A DNA stretch of 64,000 nt from positions 4,402,001 to 4,466,000 of the forward strand of contig OZ024743.1 in assembly GCA_964016885.1 (NCBI GenBank). Direction: 5' to 3'. Origin of the DNA: Eledone cirrhosa. Its lineage: Eukaryota. Below, piece after piece: positions 26,522 through 39,894 of the stretch (position 1 is its first letter; every line of letters begins with the position of its first letter). The translations under genes were made by a program, and so were the position numbers. The notes under the pieces were generated by a model that ran no database searches, had not been told where the DNA came from, and saw only the letters and a list, made by a program, of their open reading frames with translations.

Positions 26522-29509
26522 GGGAGTTTCATCTGTACACTCACACGTCTTGTCTCGTGATCCTGTGAGTATACAGGTGAAACGCCAGAGCAACAAATCT
26601 CACCATTTAGCCATAATAAATGACTATTTATACTCTACTTCGGCATTGAATACTCATTCTCTCCTCCGTCAACAGTACAAGGATAAATATATATTTATAT
26701 ATATATGGGGTGGGGATATTCATATACCTACTAACATAAGTACATACATTTTAAAATAGGTTAAAATCGAACAATCAATCTTAGTACTTGATTGGTAATT
26801 TATTTTATCGCCCCGAAAAATCTAAAGGTACATTTGATCTCAACGTTATTTAAGCATTAAATATAGCAAAAAGAAAACAAAAATGGTTTGAAGCTCTGTA
26901 TCCACCCCAAAGATAATCTTTTTTTTATTAAAACAAAACAATGAATGTTTTCTTTTTCTTTCTTTCTTTCTTTTTTTAGGGGTGGGACATAACATTGACT
27001 CCATTACAAGACATTAATCGTTAGTTAAGTCTTGTCTTATTTGACGGAAATTCAATAACAAAATACATTCGTAATTGGTCAACTCTTTGAAAAGTCTGTA
27101 TTTGATAATCTTAATGTAATTCCTGTTTCAGGTACCTGTGCCAAGTAAAAGAACTTTAATGTCATTAGCAAGTACATTTGCGTTTTAAATAAGCTTCACA
27201 TATACGACAGTTTATCGTTAACAATTCATTTCATCCTTCTGGCCATTTATGTTACGAATATTAACTTGTTTCTATCATTCTCACCTCCGCTATTATCTTA
27301 TTTCACTTGTTCTCGACTAATATCATCTTAGATTGATGTCATTTTCGATTATTTCTTCATTTATTTCTTTTCTGTACGCTTCTGCATTAAAATAATTATT
27401 TTGTTTCCCTCATGTTCATTCTCTCTTCGTTTTTACCCATCTTGTTTGTCTTTCAGCTTCTGTCAATCATTTAAGTTGTTTGTTGATCAAACAATTCTGA
27501 AATTACTCTTGTGTCCTCGTTTTTAGTTTCTTTTCATTGTTACTTTTCTAAAACGTAATATTGGTGATATATATATATGATGATATAAATTTTAATTTGA
27601 ATAGCATAACTGCTTCAAACAATGCAAAAGCAACCCCACAAAACGGTTTTGTAAAATACTTTTCTAACAGGTAACAGGCATTTAAGACAATTTGATTACT
27701 TGTAAATATATTTAGTCCACAAGAAACAAAATATATTTAATTTGGAACCAAGCAACATCTATTGAAAAATCGATTACAGTGATTTAACAGTTCAATACTT
27801 TTAAGTATTGATCTATTAAATTAGTATATACCAAGAAATAGTACAATGTAATTTTCCCTTTTGCAATGTATTTTATGGCCAGTTTCAGAAGTAATTATTG
27901 TATAACCTTCTACTGAGATACTTTCATTTTCTTGATAATGTAGAGAAATATATATGTCATTTTTATTGAAAGATAAGTAAATATATTCGGGTTCCAGAAA
28001 CCGACGCAGTTTATGCTTTAACGCAGTAATTATTTCACTTTATTTATATCCCTATAGATCTAAGAAATACACTGATATCACATCTACTATCAATCTTAGA
28101 CTTTGTGTCTACCTTAAGAAAATGAAAGCCTCGTTATTTTTATTTGCTTGTCATGCGGCATATTGTGATTTTGTACTCATTCCAGTTATGTACTTTTTAA
28201 AGCAATGCAAGAAAACATTAACTAGATAGAAAAGAACATGAAAGGAATTTTAAATGATAAGTGTTGCTCCTTTGGGTATTAATGCTAACTCGTGTATAAA
28301 TTCAAACAGAGATGGAGACAGAAAAGTAGCCAGATAGATAGAGAAACAGGTTGACAGAAAGAGAGACAGGCATGCAGATAATAGAACGAGATAGAGAGAG
28401 GTGGGTGAGAGAGGCATTATACGATTAAATTGTATGAACTAAGTAATAACGTTGATTTGTTGCTTATTATGTTGTGAATCAGGCACTGTCACGTTTCAGA
28501 AAACACATATATATGTTTATTTCATTCATTAAGTTGGTTCCGAGGATTTGTGGAGAATATTAGATTTTAAATGACATGTGCTTCAAGCAATACATTATAG
28601 GAACGGCTAGTTGTAAAGGAGAGGTTGTTTTGCCAAAGAAAATTTCACCTTCTTGTAGTTGCCATACACAGATAAGACAAGAATCAGTAACGCTTCTTCA
28701 TAATATATTGACTGCAGATTATCAGATTCAATGACAACTGTCTGGAAATACGAAATGTTAGTTGAAGCGAAATCGTTCAATTAAAATGTTCCAAGCTTAC
28801 TGAATCACCATTATAAAATCTCATACCAGTTTACATGTGAATATGCTTTTGTTTAAAAACATGGAGCTATAAGAGTATATTATTCTCGATAAAGGGTTTT
28901 ATCTGTTTACAAGAAAGGATAAAATCTGCACTGAAGATTTACAAATTAAACATCGAAATCTGGTGAACATTTATACCTCTTTAAATATTATTTCTTTACT
29001 TTCATTAACTACGTTCATTAAATATGATATAAACGTTATCAGATTAATAAATCATTATATTCAAAGCAAAAGCAAATCTCAAATTCCCTTTGAAACATTT
29101 ACGTCGATGCATGTGGAAATGAAAACAAATATATCAATTGATAAACAATTATGAATAAAATATAATTTGCAGCTGCTCTTGAAATGAACGTTTATTAGGA
29201 TTTTGTTTGTAGACAAGAGGGAAATTCATGCTGTGATCTATTTGAGGTTAAAACATTTGGAAGAAAATATAATGGAAATATTCTATTATCCTTAATGTGG
29301 GATGGAAAACTGTTAAAGGTTTAATCAGGAAAAGTTTTAAATACCGCATGCCTCAGAGGTAAGTTGTTAAAATATGCAAATGACACAAAACGCTAGGGAT
29401 TTTATTTTACACTTTAACTATCCTATCACCATATATTGCTTCTATTAATCAATTAATTTTTGTTGTATTGTAATACAGATTAAATTCACCAATTTAGTTC
29501 TGTCAGTGT

Positions 29510-29795
29510 TTATCTTTTTCTTCTTCGTCCTGAGAGAGTCGTACTGTCAAGAGTCCTCAAACACTCCTTCAAGCGAGTCCTATCAGAAGCAACTGTTTCC
29601 AACTGATTCGACTGGATCACCAAGCGAGACCAAGATAGCTCATAGATGTTATCCAACTAACTTGCTCGGGGTCTACCTCTGGGTCTCCTGCCGGTTAGCT
29701 TTGCCCGTCAAATCTGTCCAGCGATACTTTCTTGAGACATTTTAATCACATGCCCATAGTACTGGAGCGGTGATCTCACAATTCGGAGGGAAGGT
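29510..29795 (-). mobile_element. RTE-like LINE 3' fragment
   Basis: Translation RSPLQYYGHVIKMSQE...AKLTGRRPRGRPR. Similar to 51290-51830. Confidence 0.75.
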
Positions 29796-31420
29796 TCATT
29801 GCATAAATATATTTTTCAGTTTTCCTAGTCGTCGATCACGTTTAGTCGGATCCGATGCTAGTGTATATATTCGTTTAGCTAGTTTAAAGGGAATGTTCGT
29901 TTCAGTATGTTTATGATGGTTCGATGTGAATAGAAAGCACTGTTTTTGGTCTGTTGATATATAGAAATGTCTGTCTCTCCTCAATAGCTTTTTTCTGATT
30001 GAAATATCAAAAAAAAAAAAAAAAAGGTAGATCTCTTATTCAAATCCATCACTGATTATATATTTTTGTTTAGATTATTAATCAGATCTTTTTTTAAATT
30101 CTGCAATTATATCATTGTTTTCCTTGTATGAAATAAAGGAATCGTCTAAATACTAAACTGGTGTCTGAGGAAGCTAACATCCTGTCTATTGAAATTTCTG
30201 ATATTTGCCGGTACGCAGATATATTGAACATAATTGTTTTGTAATATGTATTTGAATCCATCAATGATGAAGTCTTTTTCTGTGCGTACCATTAATTGGA
30301 ATTGGTGAGTGTCTAGTCAATATTCAATTGCAATTATTCCATAGTCATGGGTGATTAACAATACCGAAGGAAACACAATTATGTGTTCATTTACTGTTTA
30401 TGACAAGTGATTCAGCATATAGAGATCATCCCGTGTGTAACTCTACATGATTTAAGAGTTACTCAGTCTGTTTGTTTCGCATGCGGGGTCTGCTATAACT
30501 GATCTGAGCTTTAAATTGTTTTTAACTGAATTTAATTGTTTCTTGCGATTTTACAATCATCGCCGAGGTTGACTTTGCCTTTCATCCTTACGGGGTCGAT
30601 AAAATAAAGTACCAGTAATGCACTGGGTAATTGCTGGCCTTGTGCCTAAAGTAGAAACAATTATTTATCAGTTTCCATTTCTGTATTTAAGTAGCCCATA
30701 AAGTGGTTTATGTAATCGATTTCTTTTGTGGTAGAGCTTTGTGGTACTAACACATTTTCTATTATTTTTATTGTTTGTTCATTGTAATTATCTTCTCTGA
30801 TATTGTAGATGAAGATCATTATGGTAGCCTGTATTCATGATGACAACAGAGCTACATTTTTAGGCTTCTTTAATTGTGATTTCTATGTCTTCTAAATCAA
30901 TTAGATTTTTCCCTTCTTATTTTGAGAAATTTCATTTAATGTTTCTCTTTACAAATTTTTCGAACGGGAAATTGGTGACGTGTTCGCAGTAGGAATCTAG
31001 TGCTTTGTTCATTCTTTTCTCTGAAAAGAAATCGCTTTTATTTCTAACTAGTGATTAGTCTTCATTATCATTTTCCTCAGCTGGCCTGAGTGATGGCTAG
31101 AATTCCGTGATGTTGTTTTTGATTTTCAGAATGTTTGATTATTGTATGGTTAGCTTAATTTTCCGTGCTTTACTTAGCGTACTTATTTGGGTGTTAATAT
31201 CGTTTTCGAAAAGTTAAATAGCTTTGGTTTCTTATGTGCAGAAACTATCATATATCCTGGTATTTTTGTGTTTCTGCTAAAGAAATGGCTGTGATATTAA
31301 CATTTTTTGTTTGTAGGTCGTCTGTTTTGTGTTGATCTATAGGGTAGATTTTTATATGGATTATTATAGTGTTGGAAGTGGTTCCTGATATGGTTGTTCT
31401 TGTGTAGGAACTGTTGTTTA
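29796..31420 (-). mobile_element. Heavily decayed Penelope-like element, interrupted by a SINE
   Basis: STDQKQCFLFTSNHHKHTETNIPFKLAKRI is a PLE thumb motif. Remnants LRSVIADPACETNRLS and RDDLYMLNHL parallel the 1580-2449 ORF. Confidence 0.7.
30560..30664 (+). mobile_element. SINE 3' half
   Basis: cgccgaggttgactttgcctttcatccttacggggtcgataaaataaagtaccag...gtagaaacaatta. Confidence 0.88.
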
Positions 31421-31627
31421 TTCTTCCTATACAATTGAATACAGAAATTATAAATTAAAATTCTATTAGACAACTCTTAAATTATATTAACACTTACTTA
31501 TCACACGTTATCTGTCAGATCAGGTTACAACAGAAATACTACTACCATGATAATATCAACATTCGATTTTCAGTCACTAGAGTCTCCCTCACCTACTCCT
31601 TACATCCTAACAATATATATGTGTGTG

Positions 31628-31700
<73 letters not shown>

Positions 31701-31701
31701 A

Positions 31702-31831
31702 TAGTGGTAGATGACTGGAAGGTAATATCCGTAGTGGTAGAGCGCTCAGTCCATGGGACGAGTTAGATAGAAATGGTTACACAACAGTTAGTTCACCATA
31801 CCGAGATGGTGAACTAACTGTTGTGTAACCA

Positions 31832-31834
<3 letters not shown>
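31702..31834. repeat. Miniature fold-back module between microsatellites
   Basis: Perfect ~26-bp stem tggttacacaacagttagttcaccat / atggtgaactaactgttgtgtaacca around loop accgag. Confidence 0.85.
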
Positions 31835-31897
<63 letters not shown>

Positions 31898-32074
31898 CAA
31901 GTATTGCACCAAGAAAAATATAAACATCGTCGAGAAATGAGATCAGGAATTTATTTGCTTTAAAATAAGTGTCTGTCTATTATAATTGTCTACATATGCT
32001 GTTAATAATATATATATTGTTCAATCATATGCAATACTTAATAATTTATCACATTTCATCAGAAAGCTTATAAT

Positions 32075-33705
32075 TATGGAAGAGGATAGGAAGAGGAAAT
32101 GGTTGAACCCTTTTAGGACCCTACTAGGGGAGCCGCTCTCCTCAGCCCAGTACACTGAGGAGATCAGACGGCTGTTTGAAGATATTGAGACAGGACCCTT
32201 CACCAGAGAGGAGCTTCAGAGAGCCAAGAAGAAGATCAAGGAGGACAAGGCTCATGGAGAAGATGGAGTGGCATCAGAGGTGATGAAGAGCTGTGATTTT
32301 GATGATATCATCCTGGATTTCTGTAACCAGGCATTGGAGAAAGGAGTTGCCCCGAATCAGTGGAGGATCAGTAACATCGTCCCAGTGCCAAATAATAACT
32401 ACAGGGGGATCTCACTGACGTCACTTGTGGCAAAGACCCTCAACAGGAAGATTCTTAACAGGATCCAGCCCGAGATGGAGAAGAAGCTCAGGGACAACCA
32501 GAACGGCTTCGGAGAGAGATGATCAACCACCAGTCACATCCTGATGCTGAGGAAGATATAGAGGGAGCTAGAGCAAAGTGCCTTCCTGCTGTCATGGGTT
32601 TCATTGATTTTAGGAAGGCCTTTGATTCTGTGGACCGTCACTGCCTGATGAAAATCTTACAGGCTTATGGAATCCCCAAGACAGTGGACCTGATATCACT
32701 GCTCTACACCAACACCAAAGCCCAAGACATTACACCTGATGCGATGACAGAATTCTTTGAGATACTGGCTGGAGTGCTCCAGGGAGATACATCGGCTCCC
32801 TACCTTTTTATCATCGCAGTGGACTATTGTATACGCCTTGCGCTGGAGAAACACCAGGACTCTGGCTTTATACCGTAATACTGTAATACCGGCTCAGAGC
32901 AGGAGAGTTAAGGCGAAAAAGATATCGGATGCTGAATTTGCCGACGACATAGTTCTGTTGAAAAACACAGTGAAGGAGGCAGAGGATTTGATGCAGGAGG
33001 CGGAGACTGTGTCAATGAGTGTGGGGTTGAGAATGAATGAGATTAAAACGAAGTATCTGGTAGAGAATATTAAGAAGCCAGAGGGGATCACTAATGTAGG
33101 CGGGAAGCCGCTAGAATTAGTTGAGGACTTCCTGTATTTGGGAGCCAAGATTGTGAATACGGAAGATGATGTGGTCGCGAGGAAGAGCAAAGCCTGGGCG
33201 GTGTGCCACAGCTTGAGATCGGTGTGGAAGTCGGACCTTCGTAGAGACCTGAAGATCCGTCTCTTCGTTGCTACGGTGGAGTCTGTGCTCCTGTACGAGT
33301 CTGAGACTTGGACACTGACCAAGAAACTCACTCAGATGGTGGATGGGGGCTACACGAGAATGCTGAGGATGGCTCTGAACATTAACCAGTATACACTGGG
33401 GATGAAGAACTCAGAGCTGTACGGGAGCCTCCCAAAAGTCAGCTCAAGAGTAGCACAGAAGAGACTGAGGTTAGTTGGACATGCTCACCGACATCCAGAG
33501 TTGACATTGCACTCAGTGCTTCTGTGGGAGCCCCTACATGGACACACTGGAAGAGGAAGACCGTGGTTAACATATGTTGATGCCCTAAGGACAGACACTG
33601 GTCTCTTGGAAACGCAGGACATGGCAGCAATAATGAGGGACAGAGGCCGCTGGAGAGAACTCGTCCATGGATCTAGGGAATTTTACCCGCCCTAGACAGA
33701 GACTA
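32075..33705 (+). mobile_element. 5'-truncated RTE-group LINE, RT pseudogene
   Basis: ORFs 31986-32522, 32519-32878 and 32757-33695 give YRGISL, NQNGF, FIDFRKAFDSV, GVLQGDT, EFADDI, FLYLG, VLLYESETW and GRGRP; frameshifted. Confidence 0.93.
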
Positions 33706-36327
33706 TTCATTACGCCGTAGAATTCAGGAATGAGATTTTCGTTTAGGAAAATATAGTACCGAGAGTGGTGAAATACTTGCCTATATACTGGACCTATATA
33801 CCAGTTTTCTTGTTTAAGCATTCATTCCTGATATACATAAATTGGTGTTTGCTACGTATCTTATTTTATTTTATGGCGTGTGAGGGGCTCATCAAACCTG
33901 AAGTGCAGTGTCCGTTCTCCCCAACGTCTAAATCCGGCCTTCCATACAAGGATCATACACCACCATGGAAAAATTAATGAGCAATAAAGCAAATCAAGAA
34001 TCTTCACATCATATCGAAAGCAAAATCGGACACATTTAAAACAAATATTTAAAAACAAAAAAAATTCACATTTTGGAACATGGTGAAAATATGAACATAA
34101 CTGAAATGTATGAAAATTGATAAACTTTAATCCACTGGTCTTACTTCAAAAATTACAAATCAGCTCGATAACGAACAAATCAGAGCATCGATGAAAGCTA
34201 AAGGAACAAATGACATTTAACAAAAAGAATACGGTATAGAACCTCTGAAATTCAGAGCTACTGCAAATGAACAGAAATACAAGTACACTGATAAAAAATA
34301 AAAGAAGAATATGCTAGAAACGTTGATGGACTAATTTTACAAATATTAATAAATGTCAGGAGTCAAAAGGTCGATAACGCAGAACTCGTGTCACTACAAC
34401 GATGCAGAAAATGTGAAAATTGATTCATGAAATATGAAGTGGAATTGAAGAAAATAGACAATTTAAACAATGCCTTCATAATGAAATTTAACAAAACAAA
34501 AAAGGGCAAACTACCAAACCCAACACTCCAAAGATCCAGATATAACTTCCATTAATCCAAACCAAACATAACCAACAACTACAGGAAAGCCATAGTCAAT
34601 TACCTATGACATAAGCAATCACAAAAGATTCTCAATCGTTTTATGAAGGCCATTTCTACCTACGCTAAATCAAACAAATGGAGTAAGACCTCGCGACTGA
34701 AAGATGCCGATCCTATGAACGAATCTTTAGTGATCTTGGTGGTAGTTGAACTCAGAAGATTAATTGTTAGAACGAAATTTTGACCATTTACCATTTTTGC
34801 CATTTCGCTAATTTTGAGATCTGCTGGGATTAACGTGCTGTAGATTTTCAGAGTGTCAATGAATGTCAAAATTGTTTTTCTATTGAAATGTACTTTCAAT
34901 TTTCTGGGAGTCAACTGAATCGCTTATTACATAAGTTAAGAATTAAATAACTTCTGTTTTATCCCACAAATTACATTCATAATTGTCTGTGGGTTGGGTA
35001 GTATCTTAGCTACTTTAGGAAATAATAGCGTATGGAGAGTTCTAGACATAGTTTTATCCGATTAACAGAACTCTCTAAGTTCCCCGTGTCAAAGGTTATG
35101 GACTAGGCCTTTGACAGCAGGAACATGAATATGGCATCAATTATTGACAACAGACAGTTATGAGAATCACTGGATATTAATAACACAACCAACAAACTGA
35201 AGTTCTAGCAATATAGGTTGTGTAGACTGTAGACTATTGCAAGCTAGTGGAGAAATGGTGTCACTCCTGCTTATTTTACACCAAGAAACGTCTCTTAACG
35301 AATAATGAATTGACGCATTTAATCTCTGGGTATTAAACTACGATAAAATAAAGTACCAGTAATGTACTGTTTAATTGCTGGCCTTGTGCCAAAAGTACAA
35401 ACAATTAAACTACGAGATTATTATAATTATTTCATGCCTGGCTCAAATATTATTATAATTTCTCAAATCATCCAAACAAGGTGTGATTGTTGTCGGTGAG
35501 ACAATTACAAATGTTAAAATACTGAGCATTATGTTAGCACAATTTGCAGAATATTTGTGAATGATAGAATTATATGCTAATTCACATAATACGAGATTTA
35601 AGAATATATTAAATTTAGTCTATTAATCCAAAGTTTCAAACAAGTCGCCATCATTATTTTATTTGAATATTTATTCATTCTGACTATATATAAAGCCAAT
35701 ATTTGTTAAAAGAGAAAATGTAGCTGATTCAACAGACCTATCATTTGATATCAATAATTCCAGGATAAAAGAATGGATTTCAACCGGATACGACGTGAAC
35801 AATTAAATACTGTAGGATGTTTAGTTATACGCTTCACAGTCCAAATTTCCTAGGGTAGTCTGGATGAAATATATTGATTGCTATACAGGAATATAATAAC
35901 ATGTTAAGTTTATGACATATATCAATAACTGTATGTATGCTCTCAGAATATCTGTTAAGTTATAGCTATGCCAAACGGCTATTAATATCACGACGATCAT
36001 ATCAAAATGAATAGACACATGAATATATATCTATGCATGTGTGTGTGTGCGTGCTTGTGCGCGCATGTGTGGGTTGTGTATGTGGGAGGAAGACTATACG
36101 TTATGTTTATGTATAATAAATAGGCATGGATAGTTTTTCAATATTCTACACTAAATGCAAACAAAAATAACCGCCTCCAAGAGATTTCAGCATTTCAATA
36201 TTCCAGACAGAATCTGTATGATTCTCAAATATTTCAATATTTCAATATCTATTTCTGAACATTTGAAAAGATTGCAGACGATAATTGCAATGGTATTTCA
36301 ATAATCAATTTTACATTTGATCATCTT

Positions 36328-36485
<158 letters not shown>

Positions 36486-36498
36486 GGTATATATACAT

Positions 36499-36538
<40 letters not shown>

Positions 36539-36699
36539 GGTATATATATATGTGGTATGGGCCCATAACTCCTGAAAGAATAGTAGGGACACCGTATTGA
36601 CATACGTCGTTTTTTAGGGCATTTTTTAAAATCCTGGTGGAGCCCATCTCTCCAGATCCTGGAAACAGCAGATTTCTTCCAGAGAAGGATAGAAAGTGA

Positions 36700-37362
36700 G
36701 AGAGAGAGAAAGGTGATAAGTAAAAGATATAGAGGGAAAATCGACCCTAGTACTAGACTGGTACCTTCTTGTGATCCCTCCATGACAACCTCCACTTTAT
36801 GTGATACATTACAGGGAGGGAGGCTTAGGAACCTGGCTCGTGTGAGGTCCTTAACAACTTAGATCAATCGAAAGCTCTCGATAGAGTCGACCAACAGTAA
36901 CTATTGGCGGTCACCATGCGGCCGATTTCAGATTTGCATTCAGTGGATAGATCACTGCAGTGCACACTGACTAATGCTCCGTGGTCAGAATAAACGGTCA
37001 CCCATCGGAACTACTATTCAATATCATGCGCTCTGGCCGTTAATATGATACCCTATCATCCCTCATCTATATAGTGATTTATAGTTAGTACTGCGCAAAT
37101 AGGAGGCTTTAGGAGATATTCCCCACGAACTAAGGTGCAGGAGATCCGTGTCAGGATATGTCAACGATGTTATCGTACTGGTGTTTAACACCAAGGAGAT
37201 CCAGCTGATCGGAACCCCTCTCAGTTAGTACGAAGGTAAAATTAAACAGGAAATGTCAGTGTGTCTGTGGCACAGGTACTTGTAGAGGTAGATCCTTGCC
37301 GTCCAACAAACTCGTCAGGCGCTAGACGGACGGGCCGGTTATATTGCTCGAGTTCAAGTTTG
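36700..37362 (+). mobile_element. Decayed Tx1/L1-like RT fragment
   Basis: LDQSKALDRVD (~36859), VRINGHPSE, YVNDV (~37157) and TDGPVILL; collinear with the start of the 21300 element. Confidence 0.7.
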
Positions 37363-37397
37363 TTCTATATATATATATATATATAACAAAGAAGGTG

Positions 37398-37493
<96 letters not shown>

Positions 37494-37496
37494 CTA

Positions 37497-37700
37497 TACT
37501 TGAACCCCAGTAATATAACTGGCCCATCCGTCTAGCGCCTAACGAGGTATTTGGATTGTGGACAGCAAGGACCTGCCTCTTCAGTACCTAGCCACAGACA
37601 CACTGAGATTTCCTGTTTAATTTTCTCTTCGTACTACCAGACAGAGGTTCCGATCACCTAAATATCCTTGGTGTTAAACACCAGTACGATGACGTCGTTA
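37497..37700 (-). repeat. Diverged inverted copy of 37162-37360
   Basis: Reverse-complement similarity across a central (TA)n tract. Confidence 0.8.
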
Positions 37701-37823
37701 TATATATATGGGGGGAGGAGGGGCTAGCATTGAGGATCGTGAAAATATATATCAAATATCAATGTCATAGTAGAGATTAAGCTTAAATTTTATTCGTATC
37801 AACACTGATTCTCCGTTTCTTAT

Positions 37824-37866
<43 letters not shown>

Positions 37867-37901
37867 ATATAATATAATATATATATATATATATATATAT
37901 A

Positions 37902-38090
37902 AGAACAAGTAAGACCCCGACGGCTGAGCTCAAGCCGTTTCGACGGCTAATTCTGTAAAGAATTAGCCGTCGAAACGGCTTGAGCTCAGCCGTCGGGGTC
38001 TTACTTGTTCCTATTACCCACTCTACTACCCTAAGTATTGAGTAATTTGGTGCGTTATGGTCCACCTGGTTCCTTACCACATTGCCTTCG
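37902..38090. repeat. Perfect ~52-bp-arm hairpin continuing into a repeat terminus
   Basis: gaacaagtaagaccccgacggctgagctcaagccgtttcgacggctaattct-gtaa-agaattagccg...cttacttgttc. Confidence 0.9.
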
Positions 38091-39835
38091 TTTCCGCTGC
38101 ACCTCCTCCAACCTATGTCGGACAGACGGGACGTCGCCTGGCGGACCGAGTCACGGAGCACCTCCGGGATATTCGTCTCGGGGGCAGTTCCCCCATCGCC
38201 CGCCACTTTGGTGGCCCTGGACACTCCGCACGCCATCTCACAGTCTGTGGCCTACTCCAGTGCCACGGAACACCCGCCCATCGCCTTACGGTCGAACAAC
38301 GAACTATCTTCATCTTACAGACCCACACTCCCCCCGGCCTAAACTCCCCACCCTTATTCCTTTAGCGTTCGACCGCCCCCTCCCCCCCACGCTTATCCCC
38401 CACTAACACCACTAACACACCCCTCCTTTTCACCGCCCACCCCACACTAACAATACTAACACCTCCACTCCACCCCTCATCTGACCACCCTTCCCCAACT
38501 AACATACTAACATCCCTTCCCTCCCCTCTTCTCCTCCTCCCCCCTCCTTATCACACGCACACACGCACCCACTTACACCACCCACCCCACACGCAACTAA
38601 CAACACTAACACCCCCCAGCCCCACGCACACGTACCCACACACCCTCGTACACCACCAACTCTACACACCCTACCACCACTAACCCCCACTCACACCTGC
38701 ATTCAACCCCTCTCCACCTCCCGTATACTAACACCCACTAACACCTCTTCACCAAACTACACACACACCAGTACACCACACTCCCTCCATAGAACCACAC
38801 ACACCCTTCTCTCCCCGCTCCACCCTCACCCCCGCTCCACACTCACTCATCCCACTAACACCCCTACTAATACACACACACACACACACCCTCCTCACTC
38901 CAACTTTCACACCTACCCATCCTCGCCCCCTTATCATTCCACCGACTGCTGCTATGCCCTTCTGACCACCTCCCAGCACCAACAGACCACAGCACTCCCA
39001 CTGCTGACCACTTCCTGTTGCGCGCGCACCCCACATCTCTCCTCTTCCGACCACCGCTTCATGGATTACTCACACGCAGAAATTGACTTATAACCAATCC
39101 TCCAAACATCCTTGGAACTTACCAACTTTTCAACCATCCTCTTACGTCATCACCTATATAACTCACCCACACACACACCCCAAAAAAAATTTTTTCTCCA
39201 CACGCCACCCACACCCACAACACGCTTAAACCCCACACACACGTGCTTCCCACCACATATTTACACCCTCAGCCTCCTCATTCCTCTCCCCCCATCCCCT
39301 ATCCACACACGCACAGACACTCCGACCCACAAAAACACCCCCCACACACCTCTTCCTGAACATGCAACCCCGTTCTTCCCCCAACCCTTACTTTCACATA
39401 CACACACACACACACACACCTACACACACACACCACCTTCAGCCCTCCCCGCTCGGACACCCCGTCTCCCTCTCTCCACTCCACCCGCCAGCAGCCCTAC
39501 TCACCCCACACCCTTCCACCACCTGTTTAGCCCCCTTTTAATTTCAGTTTATTTTGATCATGCCTTTATTTTTAAATTTTCTCATTCCTTGTATTTTGAT
39601 CATGCTTTATTTTTATTTTTTATCTTTATTTGTTAATTTTTCATTCGCACCGTTTCCTTTCGCTATATGTCTCTCCACCACTCCCCTACACACCTTTTGA
39701 ACTCTGTTCCCACACACTTCTCACCTGAGGAAGGGCTTATGCCCGAAACGTCGTTCCCCACTCTCCTGAGCGTGAAATTAATAAACATTTATTGTACTGC
39801 CTCTCTGTTTTGTCCCTGTTCAAATTTTTCCATTA
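38085..39835 (+). mobile_element. Penelope 3' fragment: GIY-YIG end, C-rich UTR and hammerhead
   Basis: YVGQTGRRLADRVTEHLRDI...IARHF...EQRTIFILQTHTPPGLN. Followed by a C/A-rich tract 38366-39530, a hammerhead-like motif and AATAAA, ending at a TA tract. Confidence 0.85.
39725..39752 (+). ncRNA. Minimal hammerhead-like motif
   Basis: CTGAGGA a gggc-ttat-gccc GAAA cgtc; stem I not evident. Confidence 0.6.
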
Positions 39836-39894
39836 TATATAATATATATATATATAATATATAATATATATGCTTAGAGAGAACAGAGAAGATC

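Noticed and set aside
28607-28741. Possible minus-strand exon after tttccag (TVVIESDNLQSIYYEE...)
   Set aside because: Short, no recognisable homology, weak donor and no partner exons; needs RNA-seq.
33980-34640. Possible decayed Penelope N-terminal region (also 6768-7090)
   Set aside because: Only A-rich compositional resemblance; no diagnostic motif was readable.
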